A stretch of 41,436 nt of DNA from Gammaproteobacteria bacterium (GCA_023136715.1 JAGLQT010000073.1:1-41436), one strand, 5' to 3'. Shown: positions 1 through 9,595, counted from the first letter of the stretch. Translations and numbers: made by a program. Notes: generated by a model not told the origin, from the letters alone.

Positions 1-456
1 CATATTACTTACCTGTCCGATGATTCGATGCGCGAGAAATTTGGCCGTGAATTACGCGAAGGTAATCTCAGCTTTGGTTTCGATGTGGATTTCCAGGTCG
101 AGAGTTATTTGCGCTATCAGGGCAAGTCCTTTGTAGACCGTTTTGACGCCAACACTTACCTGTTAATGACCAAAGCACTGGATTATTTTGACCCTGCCAG
201 TGAATACAATCACGACCTGGCCGCTACTTTTGCCAAAGCATCAGCAAAATTTATGGTGATCTCATTCACCTCAGACTGGCGTTTCGCACCCGAGCGTTCG
301 CGAGAAATAGTCAAAGCCTTATTAGATGCGGATAAACAGGTCAGTTATGTCGAAATCGAAGCTCACCATGGGCATGATGCCTTTTTGATCCCCATTCCTC
401 ATTACATGAACATTTTTCATAGCTATATGAAGAGCATCCACGAGGCAATTCAATAA
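1..456 (+). CDS. metX: homoserine O-acetyl/O-succinyltransferase MetX, C-terminal part (5' end lies outside the window)
   Basis: Frame 1 is open from base 1 ([19 protein letters not shown]...). MetX-type C-terminal motifs are present ([29 protein letters not shown]). The TAA stop overlaps the metW ATG (TAATG), the classic metXW arrangement. Confidence 0.85.
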   Translation, partial: HITYLSDDSMREKFGRELREGNLSFGFDVDFQVESYLRYQGKSFVDRFDANTYLLMTKALDYFDPASEYNHDLAATFAKASAKFMVISFTSDWRFAPERSREIVKALLDADKQVSYVEIEAHHGHDAFLIPIPHYMNIFHSYMKSIHEAIQ

Positions 457-1058
457 TGCGTGCCGATCTTGCCATTATCGCCGAATGGATCAAACCCGAA
501 TCCTCCATACTCGACTTGGGGTGTGGTGACGGTACCCTGCTCAAATACCTGCGTAACGAGCAGCGGGTGCGTGGTATCGGTCTTGAAATTGATGAACACA
601 ATATAGAAAGCTGTCTCGGGAACAATTTAAATATTATTCAGTCTGATTTGAATAATGGTTTACAGGACTATTTTTCCGACAACAGTTTTGACTACGTCAT
701 CATGAGCCAGACACTACAGGCCACCATACATCCTGAAAAATTAATCGAAGAAATGCTACGCGTGGGTAAAGAAGGCATTGTCACCTTTCCCAATATGGCG
801 CACTGGAAAGGTCGGATGCAACTGGCATTGGGTGGCCATATGCCCGTCACTAAAAGCCTGCCTAATCGCTGGTATGACACACCAAACATTCACCTTTGCA
901 CAGTCAACGACTTTGAGATTTTCTGTCACGAGCACGGCATCAGAATCCTGGAACGCACTTTTGTTGACCATACCCATAGCCGCAGCTCGCTAATGATGAA
1001 ACTCTTCCCCAATCTGTTCAGCGAAATAGCTCTCTATCGTTTCTGCCGCAGCGATTAA
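456..1058 (+). CDS. metW: methionine biosynthesis protein MetW
   Basis: 200 aa with a methyltransferase-like glycine loop (ILDLGCGDGTLL). Typical MetW length and N-terminus ([12 protein letters not shown]). Translationally coupled to metX. Confidence 0.9.
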   Translation: MRADLAIIAEWIKPESSILDLGCGDGTLLKYLRNEQRVRGIGLEIDEHNIESCLGNNLNIIQSDLNNGLQDYFSDNSFDYVIMSQTLQATIHPEKLIEEMLRVGKEGIVTFPNMAHWKGRMQLALGGHMPVTKSLPNRWYDTPNIHLCTVNDFEIFCHEHGIRILERTFVDHTHSRSSLMMKLFPNLFSEIALYRFCRSD

Positions 1059-1160
1059 CACTCATGTTTATTAATGACTGAAAGCCCTAGATATACTGCG
1101 TTAATAGCATCACCCTGCTAAGATTAGCGCCATTATGCAAAACAGCTTAAAACGCACCCT

Positions 1161-2066
1161 ATGAGCCAAACATTCAGCCGGCTACTAAGCCAGACAGAAC
1201 AACTACAACCTTTGCTAAAACACTTACCGGTTGTTATCAATTTTGTGCTGATTATTGCCTGCGCCCAGCTCATGTCTGAACTCATATGGATGCTGCTGGA
1301 TGATTCCAGCACTGAAACCATGGCTGTTACTGCACCGGTAAACTCTGTTACAAACAACAACCGTAGCGACGCAAAACAATCACAACAACAGGCTTTTCGT
1401 AATCTGAGCAGCGCCCACCTATTTGGCATTGCTGAAACAAAAGGAACAGTGGTGAGCGCCGACAACGTGCCTGAAACAAAACTTAACCTGGTTTTGAAGG
1501 GTGTGCTGGCTGCGGGCACATCATCAATAGCCAGCGCCATTATTGCCCGGGGCAGCAACGGCAAAGAAGAAATCTACGGCATCAATGACAAAATTCCGGG
1601 CGGTATAACGCTGAAGGAAATCCATCCAGAACATGTTATTTTAGAACGTCAGGGGCGACTCGAAACTCTACGCATGCTGAAAAGCAAAGGCTCTGATCAA
1701 ACCTCTTCAAGCAACAGGACCCAGTCAACGACATCTGCAATATCAACCGCCTCTTCAAAAAAGTTGAAGAATATTCGCAACGACATAATTAAAGACCCTA
1801 CCTCATTCCGCAAATACGCCTTACCCGTTGTGGTTAGGGAAAATGGCAAACAGATCGGTTATCGCCTACAAGCTCAACAAAATAGCGACTTGCTCACTCA
1901 GGCGGGCATTAAGCCTTCCGACGTGATTACCTCGATCAATGGCATCAAGCTCGATGATATGAAAAACAGTATTGGCGCACTGAACGCACTTCGCTCAGCA
2001 AATAATGTCAACATTACTGTAAAAAGAAACGGCGCCGAAGTGCCGCTTAATATTCAGTTACAATAA
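1161..2066 (+). CDS. gspC: type II secretion system protein GspC
   Basis: 301 aa with one N-terminal TM helix (LPVVINFVLIIACAQLM), a Ser/Thr/Gln-rich linker and a PDZ-like C-terminus (GYRLQ...GIKPSDVITSINGIKLDD). It sits directly upstream of gspD. Confidence 0.8.
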   Translation: MSQTFSRLLSQTEQLQPLLKHLPVVINFVLIIACAQLMSELIWMLLDDSSTETMAVTAPVNSVTNNNRSDAKQSQQQAFRNLSSAHLFGIAETKGTVVSADNVPETKLNLVLKGVLAAGTSSIASAIIARGSNGKEEIYGINDKIPGGITLKEIHPEHVILERQGRLETLRMLKSKGSDQTSSSNRTQSTTSAISTASSKKLKNIRNDIIKDPTSFRKYALPVVVRENGKQIGYRLQAQQNSDLLTQAGIKPSDVITSINGIKLDDMKNSIGALNALRSANNVNITVKRNGAEVPLNIQLQ

Positions 2067-2105
2067 ACACCGCCGGATACACAAAAACGCAACAGGATTT
2101 AATGC

Positions 2106-4160
2106 ATGATCAGTTTGAAAACAAAACCAGCCAGACAACAAAAAACAAGGATCGCCTGTAGTTTTATTTTCCTGCTATTTTTTAGCTTTTCCTCTTTAGC
2201 TAATGAAATCACCTTAAACCTTAAAGATGCCGATATTCGCGCCCTTATCAGCACGGTATCAAAATTCACCGGTAAGAACTTCATTATTGACCCAAGAATC
2301 AAGGCCAAAGTCACCGTAGTCTCAGCCAACACCATGTCGCAGGATGAAGTTTATGAAGTCTTCCTCTCGGTGTTGCAGGTTCATGGCTTTGCCGCTGTCA
2401 CCACCGGTTCGGTGATCAAAATCATTCCCGTGGTCAATGCCAAGCAGGGCACAGTACCGCTTACTATTGGCAACAATAACCCTCTCGGTGATGCCCTGAT
2501 TACAAAAGTAGTACGCATGGATCACGTACCGGCAGCACAACTGGTACCAATCTTAAGACCTCTGGTTCCACAACAGGGGCATCTGGCCGCTTATGCGCCT
2601 ACTAACAGTCTGATCATTACCGATCACTCCGGTAACATTCAGCGTCTGATGAAAATTATTGCTGGCGTTGATCGCCCGGAAAGCGATGAACTGGAAGTCA
2701 TCCAGCTCAAACACGCATCAGCCAAGGAACTTGTGAGAATTGTTAACTCTCTATACCAAAAGACCGGTGGTGCTAAAAACGAAGCCAAGAAAATTAATAT
2801 GGCCGCTGATGAACGAACCAACAGCATTCTAATGACCGGTGAACCCAGCGCCCGACTAAAGGCACGCACCACCATTTTGCAACTGGATACCCCCCTGGAA
2901 GATGGCGGCAACACCCACGTCATCTATCTCAAATATGCCAATGCAGAAAACCTGGTCAAGATTCTCACCGGCATCCAGAGCTCGGTAGCCAAGCCATCGA
3001 GCGTGAGAGGGCCTGCAGCCAAAACCGCAGCGGCCAGATCCACATCCAGTGCCTTTTCCCAGAAAGCCGATATTCAGGCTGATGATGACACTAATGCACT
3101 GATTATCACTGCTGACCCGAATACCCTGAAAAGCCTGAAATCGGTCATCCGACAGCTGGATATTCGTCGTGCGCAGGTACTGATCGAAGCCATTATTGCT
3201 GAAATTACCGCTGGTAAGAGCCGTGAAGTAGGTGTAGGCATGGCTGTTGATGGTTCGGAATCCTCCAGTGATAATGTGCCCTTTACTCTGAGCAATTTTG
3301 GTGGTCTGGGCGGTATTCTCGCGGCGGCAGGCGGCAATACCACTGATCTTAGCACCATACTGACACCGGCACTCACACTAGGTGTTGCAGGCACTAATAG
3401 CTCAGGCGTGCGTTATGCACTGTTATTACGAGCACTGGCCACCAATGATGCCAGTAATATCCTGTCTACGCCCAGTATTGTCACGCTGGACAATGAGGAA
3501 GCTGAAATTATTGTCGGTCAAAATGTACCCTTCGTTACCGGTTCGTTCACCAATGCGGGCAGCAGTGATCCCAGCAATCCTTTCCAGACAATCGAACGAC
3601 AGGACGTAGGCCTCACCCTGAAAGTAACACCTCAGGTTAATGAAGGCGATACCATCAAACTTGACCTGGAACAGAAAACGGATAGCGTCATCCCGGGCAC
3701 CGAAGTCACCGGTATTACTACGCGCAAACGCTCGATCAAAACCAGCGTGCTGGTGGATGATGGCGGTATTCTGGTACTCGGTGGTCTGATGGAGGAAACC
3801 ATGAGCGAAGGCGAGAGCAAAGTTCCTTTACTGGGAGACATTCCATTACTGGGCGCCCTGTTCAGATCTACCACATCTAACAAGAGCAAACAAAACCTGA
3901 TGGTCTTCCTGCGACCCAGCATTCTGCGTGACGATACCGACGCTGCCTACATTACCAACGAAAAATACAATTTCCTACGTAGCCAGCAACTACAATTTGA
4001 AGATGAACCCCTGGAGCAACTGGACGATTCAACACCGACACTCGATCCCTTGACTCCAAAAACACTGGATAAAGCACAGGTCAAAAACAAAAAGAAGGAA
4101 GTAATTGAAAACGGAAACGACCTGGATGACGATTGGGATGACAATGACGAATACATCTGA
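2106..4160 (+). CDS. gspD: type II secretion system secretin GspD
   Basis: 684 aa with a signal peptide (...SSLA/NE) and an N0 domain (ITLNLKDADIRALISTVSKFTGKNFIIDP). The secretin core is present (VPLLGDIPLLGALFRS, NLMVFLRPSILRD). AGGA lies 8 nt upstream of the ATG. The C-terminal tail is acidic and low-complexity. Confidence 0.95.
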   Translation: MISLKTKPARQQKTRIACSFIFLLFFSFSSLANEITLNLKDADIRALISTVSKFTGKNFIIDPRIKAKVTVVSANTMSQDEVYEVFLSVLQVHGFAAVTTGSVIKIIPVVNAKQGTVPLTIGNNNPLGDALITKVVRMDHVPAAQLVPILRPLVPQQGHLAAYAPTNSLIITDHSGNIQRLMKIIAGVDRPESDELEVIQLKHASAKELVRIVNSLYQKTGGAKNEAKKINMAADERTNSILMTGEPSARLKARTTILQLDTPLEDGGNTHVIYLKYANAENLVKILTGIQSSVAKPSSVRGPAAKTAAARSTSSAFSQKADIQADDDTNALIITADPNTLKSLKSVIRQLDIRRAQVLIEAIIAEITAGKSREVGVGMAVDGSESSSDNVPFTLSNFGGLGGILAAAGGNTTDLSTILTPALTLGVAGTNSSGVRYALLLRALATNDASNILSTPSIVTLDNEEAEIIVGQNVPFVTGSFTNAGSSDPSNPFQTIERQDVGLTLKVTPQVNEGDTIKLDLEQKTDSVIPGTEVTGITTRKRSIKTSVLVDDGGILVLGGLMEETMSEGESKVPLLGDIPLLGALFRSTTSNKSKQNLMVFLRPSILRDDTDAAYITNEKYNFLRSQQLQFEDEPLEQLDDSTPTLDPLTPKTLDKAQVKNKKKEVIENGNDLDDDWDDNDEYI

Positions 4161-5655
4161 GGCCATTGAATCTTCCAATGAGATTCTGACATCACAAAGG
4201 CTACCTTATGCCTTTGCCAAGCGTCATGGCGTACTGATCGGTCAGATAGCAAGTGACCACATTCAGATTTTACACCGCGAAGATTTCAGCCCGCTGATTC
4301 TGGCTGAAGTAAAACGCGCGACGGGGCGTAAACTCGACCTCGCCCCTGCTTCCGACGAACAATTTGCAGCTCTACTTGCACAGACTTATGAACAGGGCAG
4401 CGACCAGGCCATGGCCATGATGGAAGGCGTCGGTGACGAACTCAATCTCGATGAACTCGCCGGCTCACTAGAACCCGAAGACTTGATGGAAGCGGATGAT
4501 GATGCCCCCATTATTCGTCTGATCAACGCCTTACTCACCGAAGCCATCAAGGTCGATGCCTCGGATATTCATATCGAACCTTTTGAGACCCGGATGCGCG
4601 TGCGTTTTCGTGTCGACGGCATGCTACGCGAAATCTTAGAACCACCGAGCAATATCGCTCCACTGGTGATTTCGCGTATTAAAGTTATGGCCAAAATGGA
4701 TATTGCTGAAAAACGTCTGCCACAGGATGGTCGTATTTCATTGCGAGTCGCAGGCCGATCCGTCGATGTGCGCGTCTCCACTCTACCGTCAGGACACGGT
4801 GAACGCGTAGTGATGCGCCTGCTCGATAAACAGGCTGGACGACTGGATTTGGAACAACTCGGCATGTCCGATACGGCGAGCGACGAACTCAGCAAACTGC
4901 TGCATAAACCACACGGCATTATTCTGGTCACCGGCCCCACCGGTTCGGGCAAAACCACCACGCTTTATGCCGGACTGTCACGGCTCAATGTTACATCCCG
5001 AAATATCCTGACGGTGGAAGACCCAATTGAGTATTACCTCGATGGCATTGGGCAAACTCAGGTCAACACCAAAGTAGATATGAGCTTTGCACGCGGCCTG
5101 CGCTCTATACTCCGTCAAGATCCAGATGTAGTGATGATCGGTGAGATTCGTGACCTCGAAACCGCCTCGATAGCAGTACAGGCCAGTTTGACCGGCCATC
5201 TGGTGCTATCCACGCTACATACCAACACCGCCATCGGTGCCATTACCCGATTACGCGATATGGGTGTTGAGCCCTTTTTGCTCGCTTCCAGCCTGGTTGG
5301 TGTTCTGGCTCAACGCCTGGTACGCAACCTGTGCCCCGACTGTAAAAAACCACATACTGCAACTAACAGTGAACGCGAATGGCTGGGCATGGAATCAGAG
5401 GATGACACCAATATTTATACCGCCGATGGTTGTGAAACTTGCAACTATCAGGGTTATGTTGGCCGCAGCGGTTTATACGAACTAGTACCAATCGATGAAA
5501 CCCTGCTAGATATGATTCACGATGGCTCCAGTGAACACGAGATGGAGCAATATGCCCGAACAAAGTCACCCAGCTTGCGACAAGATGGCAGACGCATGAT
5601 TCTAAAAGGCATCACATCTCTTGAAGAAGTCATTCGCGTTAGTCGCGAAGACTAA
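4105..5655 (+). CDS. gspE: type II secretion ATPase GspE
   Basis: Walker A (GPTGSGKTTTLYA), His box (LTGHLVLSTLHTN) and a tetracysteine motif (CPDC...CETC), with N-terminal LPYAFAKRHGVL. The start is ambiguous: TTG 4105 follows AAGGAAG, or ATG 4138 or 4144. All three overlap the gspD 3' end. Confidence 0.93.
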   Translation: MKTETTWMTIGMTMTNTSEAIESSNEILTSQRLPYAFAKRHGVLIGQIASDHIQILHREDFSPLILAEVKRATGRKLDLAPASDEQFAALLAQTYEQGSDQAMAMMEGVGDELNLDELAGSLEPEDLMEADDDAPIIRLINALLTEAIKVDASDIHIEPFETRMRVRFRVDGMLREILEPPSNIAPLVISRIKVMAKMDIAEKRLPQDGRISLRVAGRSVDVRVSTLPSGHGERVVMRLLDKQAGRLDLEQLGMSDTASDELSKLLHKPHGIILVTGPTGSGKTTTLYAGLSRLNVTSRNILTVEDPIEYYLDGIGQTQVNTKVDMSFARGLRSILRQDPDVVMIGEIRDLETASIAVQASLTGHLVLSTLHTNTAIGAITRLRDMGVEPFLLASSLVGVLAQRLVRNLCPDCKKPHTATNSEREWLGMESEDDTNIYTADGCETCNYQGYVGRSGLYELVPIDETLLDMIHDGSSEHEMEQYARTKSPSLRQDGRRMILKGITSLEEVIRVSRED

Positions 5656-5662
5656 GTAGATT

Positions 5663-6898
5663 ATGGCTGCTTTCGAATACATTGCCCTGAACGAAAAAGG
5701 CAAGGAAACAAAAGGTGTCATCGAAGCCGATACCGCCAAACAGGTACGCCAGATTCTACGCGACAAAGGTCTGACTCCCTTACAAATAGATAGCACCAAA
5801 GCAGCTAAGAAAAAACCGGGAAAACCCTCATCTTCTTTTGAGCGCTCAAAATTTTTTCAGCGTGGCATCAACTCAACCGAATTATGTTTAATTACACGAC
5901 AACTGGCTACCCTGGTGCAAGCGGCTTTACCTCTAGAAGAATCTTTGGCCGCAGTGGCTAATCAATCTGAAAAGCCGCGCATCCAAAGTATGCTGTACGC
6001 CATTCGTTCAAAGGTGATGGAAGGCCATACGCTGGCAGCGGGCCTGGCAGAATACCCAAAAGTGTTCAATCAGCTTTTTTGCGCCACCATTGATGCAGGT
6101 GAAAAATCCGGCCATCTTGATACCGTACTTGAACGACTGGCCGACTATACTGAAAATCGACAAGAACTACAGAGCAAAGTCAGTCAGGCTATGATCTACC
6201 CTTCCTTTCTAACTGGCTTTGCAATTCTAATCGTCGGATTCCTTATGGCCTATGTAGTGCCACAGGTGGTGGCGGTTTTTGATGATATTGGAGAGGATCT
6301 ACCCGGCCTGACTCTGTCCCTGATCAGCATCAGTGATTTTGTCGTCAACTATGGCATCTACGTATTTTTTATCTTTATCGCCACTGTCATTGGTCTGAAA
6401 ATTTTACTTCGACAACCCGTGCATCAGGAACGCTATCACCGTTTATTATTAAAACTACCGCTGATACAAAAACTGGTGCGCGGTTTAAACACCGCACTGT
6501 TTACACGCACCTTCAGTATTCTGTCGGGCAGTGGTGTAACCGCACTGGAATCCATGAAAATTTCGGCGCAAGTGGTCGTTAACCTGCCATTACGCAATGC
6601 TATTCTGGAAGCCACCGACCGGGTACGAGAAGGCAGCGGTATCAGCAAAGCACTGGAAAACAGTAAATTATTCCCGCCCATTACCCTGCAACTTATCGCC
6701 AGCGGTGAAAACAGCGGCAAGCTCGAAGAAATGCTGAGCCGCGCCTCCAATCAACTGGAACGTGAACAGGTGACACTGATTGCATTCATCGTCGGCATAA
6801 TGGAACCCATTATTATCAGCATCATGGGATTGATGGTTTTATTAATCGTGCTCGGTATCCTGCTGCCCATTTTTGACCTTAACCAGCTGGTCAAATAA
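5663..6898 (+). CDS. gspF: type II secretion inner-membrane platform protein GspF
   Basis: 411 aa with a duplicated T2SS-F domain and three hydrophobic segments. It begins with the typical MAAFEYIALNEKGKETKGVIEADTAKQVRQILRDKGLTP. Confidence 0.95.
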   Translation: MAAFEYIALNEKGKETKGVIEADTAKQVRQILRDKGLTPLQIDSTKAAKKKPGKPSSSFERSKFFQRGINSTELCLITRQLATLVQAALPLEESLAAVANQSEKPRIQSMLYAIRSKVMEGHTLAAGLAEYPKVFNQLFCATIDAGEKSGHLDTVLERLADYTENRQELQSKVSQAMIYPSFLTGFAILIVGFLMAYVVPQVVAVFDDIGEDLPGLTLSLISISDFVVNYGIYVFFIFIATVIGLKILLRQPVHQERYHRLLLKLPLIQKLVRGLNTALFTRTFSILSGSGVTALESMKISAQVVVNLPLRNAILEATDRVREGSGISKALENSKLFPPITLQLIASGENSGKLEEMLSRASNQLEREQVTLIAFIVGIMEPIIISIMGLMVLLIVLGILLPIFDLNQLVK

Positions 6899-7474
6899 GC
6901 TCAACAATACCGCTGCCAGACCGCCGCCTATGGCACCATACAAATGCGCATCGGTGACGACTCGACCCGCAGTCAGTTCTTCTGACCCCGGCACTGCACC
7001 GTACACCACTTCCCAAATCAGCTTGCCGATCAGGATAAACAACAGCGCATAACCACTGGCAGGATAAACGCGTATTTCACGCAAACCTCCATAAATAAAC
7101 AGACCATGCAGCACACCAGACAAACCCACATAAGTACTCACATCAGGATTAAACCAGTACAGACCAACACCGACAAAAACAGCAGAAACCAAAATCACAA
7201 ACAACCAGTGAAACACACTGCCATAGCTACTGAAAAAAAAGGCCACGATTGTTAGACCTGCTATATTCAACCCCCAATGCGCCCAGTTTAAATGCACAAT
7301 ATTGCCGCTCAATAATAACCAGTAATGCCCGTTATCGATCAGCGCCTGGTCATAACGCCAGTTAGGCACCTGACCACTGGCCTGCAAATAAGCACTCAAC
7401 AATAAAATAAACAACCACAAAGCATGATTCCACTGCATAGAAATACGGTTTTTGATAGGCAGCTCAAGGTGCAT
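6842..7474 (-). CDS. rrtA: rhomboid-family intramembrane serine protease, rhombosortase-like
   Basis: About 200-210 aa and six hydrophobic helices with no extra domain. It carries the rhomboid HxNxxHxxxN motif (HLNWAHWGLNIAGL), the catalytic GxSG (YVGLSGVLHGL) and a distal His (DAHLYGAIGGG). Size and N-terminal WRYDQALIDNGHYWLLLSGNIVH resemble rhombosortase. An alternative start is M13 at 7438. The 3' end overlaps gspF by 57 nt. The family call is confident (about 0.85); the rhombosortase subtype is less so. Confidence 0.6.
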   Translation of the reverse strand: MHLELPIKNRISMQWNHALWLFILLLSAYLQASGQVPNWRYDQALIDNGHYWLLLSGNIVHLNWAHWGLNIAGLTIVAFFFSSYGSVFHWLFVILVSAVFVGVGLYWFNPDVSTYVGLSGVLHGLFIYGGLREIRVYPASGYALLFILIGKLIWEVVYGAVPGSEELTAGRVVTDAHLYGAIGGGLAAVLLSLFDQLVKVKNGQQDTEHD

Positions 7475-7580
7475 TTGGTACTATTCCCAAAACAATATAT
7501 TAATTAGTGAATTTTACTAATTTGGCGCACTCTAACTCGTTGCGTCATAAGTGGCAAAATAATATTAAGGAGCAGAAAAC

Positions 7581-8021
7581 TTGAAATCACAAATCAATAC
7601 CATGAAAACACATCAAAGGGGCTTCACCCTGATTGAACTCATGGTTGTTATCGTTATCCTCGGCATTCTCGCCGGTGTCGTCGTCCCCAGAATTATGGAT
7701 AATCCGGACAAAGCACGTGTCGCCAAAGCCAAACACGATATCACGGCACTGGAAAGTGCACTGGATGTTTATCGACTGGACAATTTTGTTTACCCAAGCA
7801 CCGATCAGGGACTGGAAGCATTAGTCACTCAGCCTGGCGAAGCACCAAACTGGAAGTCTGGTGGTTACATCAAAAAACTGAAGAAAGACCCCTGGGGTAA
7901 TGACTACCTCTACCTCAGTCCCGGTCAGCACGGTGAGTTAGATATTTACTCACTGGGTGCCGATGGCGCTCCCGGCGGCGAAGGCGTATTTGCCGATATC
8001 GGTTCATGGGACATTGAATAA
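7581..8021 (+). CDS. gspG: type II secretion major pseudopilin GspG
   Basis: Prepilin motif [20 protein letters not shown] with a GspG-type body ([17 protein letters not shown]). AAGGAG (7567-7572) lies 8 nt before TTG 7581. The alternative ATG 7602 has no SD but gives the usual short leader. Confidence 0.93.
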   Translation: MKSQINTMKTHQRGFTLIELMVVIVILGILAGVVVPRIMDNPDKARVAKAKHDITALESALDVYRLDNFVYPSTDQGLEALVTQPGEAPNWKSGGYIKKLKKDPWGNDYLYLSPGQHGELDIYSLGADGAPGGEGVFADIGSWDIE

Positions 8022-8598
8022 AACAAAGTTTAATACCCGTTTTAAGCTTCCAGGTTTTAGCAGAGTAGATGGATTTACTCTGCTCGAACTGATGATTGTT
8101 ATCGTCATTGTCGCAATTCTTTTTTCTTTTGCCACACTCACCATCCGCGGTAGCTCCCCCGAAGACCTGATCAAGGAAGAAGCCCATCGACTGCACCGTT
8201 TAATCCAGCTGGCGCTTGAAGAAGCCGTGCTAAAAAATACTGAATACGGGCTTGAGTTCAAATCAAACAGCTACCGCTTTCTAACTTACACCGGCGACCA
8301 ATGGCAGGCCATCAGTAGCGACAAACTGTTGCGTGAACGAGAGCTCCCCGAAGATATGGAAATCGAACTCGCCATTGAACAGACTGACATCATCATCGGC
8401 GATACTGCTGAAACCATTGATCAAGACAGCGACGAAGAAGATGAAGAAAAAAAAGCCAAGCCCCAGGTTTTCCTGCTTTCCAGTGAAGAAATTACCCCCG
8501 AATTCTCAGCCCGTTTTTCACTCCACGGCATAGAAACCAGCTACATTGTCACGGGCACTATCGATGGCAAAAACGAGGTCAAAGCCAGTGACTTTTAG
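7963..8598 (+). CDS. gspH: type II secretion minor pseudopilin GspH
   Basis: Prepilin motif [19 protein letters not shown] at the gspH position. The start is uncertain: GTG 7957, ATG 7963, TTG 7990 (GAAGG 5 nt upstream) or TTG 8014. All overlap the gspG 3' end and give leaders of at least 20 aa. An acidic insert is present ([12 protein letters not shown]). Confidence 0.85.
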   Translation: MALPAAKAYLPISVHGTLNKTKFNTRFKLPGFSRVDGFTLLELMIVIVIVAILFSFATLTIRGSSPEDLIKEEAHRLHRLIQLALEEAVLKNTEYGLEFKSNSYRFLTYTGDQWQAISSDKLLRERELPEDMEIELAIEQTDIIIGDTAETIDQDSDEEDEEKKAKPQVFLLSSEEITPEFSARFSLHGIETSYIVTGTIDGKNEVKASDF

Positions 8599-8971
8599 AC
8601 ACGGGCACAAATCTTTTAATCGGGGCTTCACACTGATCGAAGTGCTAATCGCGCTCACCATTATCGCCATCTCTCTGGGCGCCATCATGAGTGCATCGGG
8701 TAATCAGGCACATCAAACCACTTATCTAAAACAAAAAACACTGGCACACTGGGTGGCTATGAATGAGATGACACAACTGCAACTGAATGAAGAATGGCCT
8801 TCCATCGGTGAAAAAAAAGGTAGCTCGGAGATGGTTAATACCGAATGGTTCTGGCTGCGAACTACCAAAGAAACACAGGATGAAGATGCTCGTCAGGTCG
8901 AGTTCCAGATATTTTTAGATAAAGACAGAAGCAATGGCCTGACCCGACTCATCGGTTATGTGAACAGATAA
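8564..8971 (+). CDS. gspI: type II secretion minor pseudopilin GspI
   Basis: Prepilin motif NRG/FTLIEVLIALTIIAISL with gspI size and position. Candidate starts are ATG 8564 or GTG 8588 (GAGG 9 nt upstream). Both overlap the gspH 3' end. Confidence 0.88.
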   Translation: MAKTRSKPVTFRHGHKSFNRGFTLIEVLIALTIIAISLGAIMSASGNQAHQTTYLKQKTLAHWVAMNEMTQLQLNEEWPSIGEKKGSSEMVNTEWFWLRTTKETQDEDARQVEFQIFLDKDRSNGLTRLIGYVNR

Positions 8972-9595
8972 ATGCAGTCTTTAAAGCATCATAAAAGCAA
9001 TGGCTTTACTCTCATTGAGCTGCTGATCGCCATCGCCGTATTCGCAGTAATGTCAGTGATGGCTTATGGTGGCCTCAGCCAGATTATCGAAAACAACCAG
9101 CATTCAAAAAAAGAACTGGAGCGACTGCAATCGGTACAGCGTGCCGTTTTAACCATCAGCCGTGATTTCACACAAATCATCGAACGCGATATCCGCGATG
9201 AATACGGCAACCCCCAACCTTTTTTAGACGTCAGCAACGAACTCGATTATTTAGTGGAGTTCACCCGCAATGGACGCCGTAACCCGGCAAAATTAAAACG
9301 CAGCAATCTTTTGCGGGTAGCCTACCAGTTTGAAGATGAAAAACTGACTCGCCTGTTCTGGCCACAGCTGGATAGAGCACCGGCCATGGAAGCTTATGAA
9401 ACCACCCTGCTCGATCAGCTGGAACGGGTTGAATTACGCTACCTGGATAATGCAAATAAATGGCACGATGAATGGCCACCACTCAACCCTCAACAGCAAG
9501 CAGGTGGGAATCCTCCACAACTCTCCGCTATCGAGTTCATACTGGAACTAAAAGGCTGGGGTGAAATCACCCGGCTTTATCAGGTAGGCGGCTGA
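8972..9595 (+). CDS. gspJ: type II secretion minor pseudopilin GspJ
   Basis: Prepilin motif SNG/FTLIELLIAIAVFAVM. 207 aa. The ATG immediately follows the gspI stop. Confidence 0.9.
   Translation: MQSLKHHKSNGFTLIELLIAIAVFAVMSVMAYGGLSQIIENNQHSKKELERLQSVQRAVLTISRDFTQIIERDIRDEYGNPQPFLDVSNELDYLVEFTRNGRRNPAKLKRSNLLRVAYQFEDEKLTRLFWPQLDRAPAMEAYETTLLDQLERVELRYLDNANKWHDEWPPLNPQQQAGGNPPQLSAIEFILELKGWGEITRLYQVGG

Noticed and set aside
1133-1564. Long antisense or alternate-frame ORFs inside confident genes: 1133-1564(-) in gspC, 4569-4961(-) in gspE, 3074-3394(-) and 3632-3922(-) in gspD, 18372-18812(+) in fccB, 13164-13580(+) across the YkgJ/HAD genes, and 32826-33179(+) in rmuC.
   Set aside because: They lie wholly within, or antisense to, ORFs with strong family motifs. 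Their translations are low-complexity (Ser/Arg/Cys-rich) with no recognisable motif. They are typical shadow ORFs.
7502-7522. AATTAGT-N7-ACTAATT inverted repeat in the divergent rhomboid/gspG promoter region, considered as an operator.
   Set aside because: It consists almost entirely of A/T and lies in an AT-rich promoter region. It cannot be told apart from chance without comparative data.
8447-8454. Homopolymer A8/T8 tracts inside coding regions (gspH 8447-8454, gspI 8811-8818, the rhomboid gene 7233-7240, fccB 18515-18522), considered as phase-variation switches.
   Set aside because: Runs of 8 are common in AT-leaning genomes. All the affected genes are intact and in frame, and nothing suggests contingency-locus behaviour.
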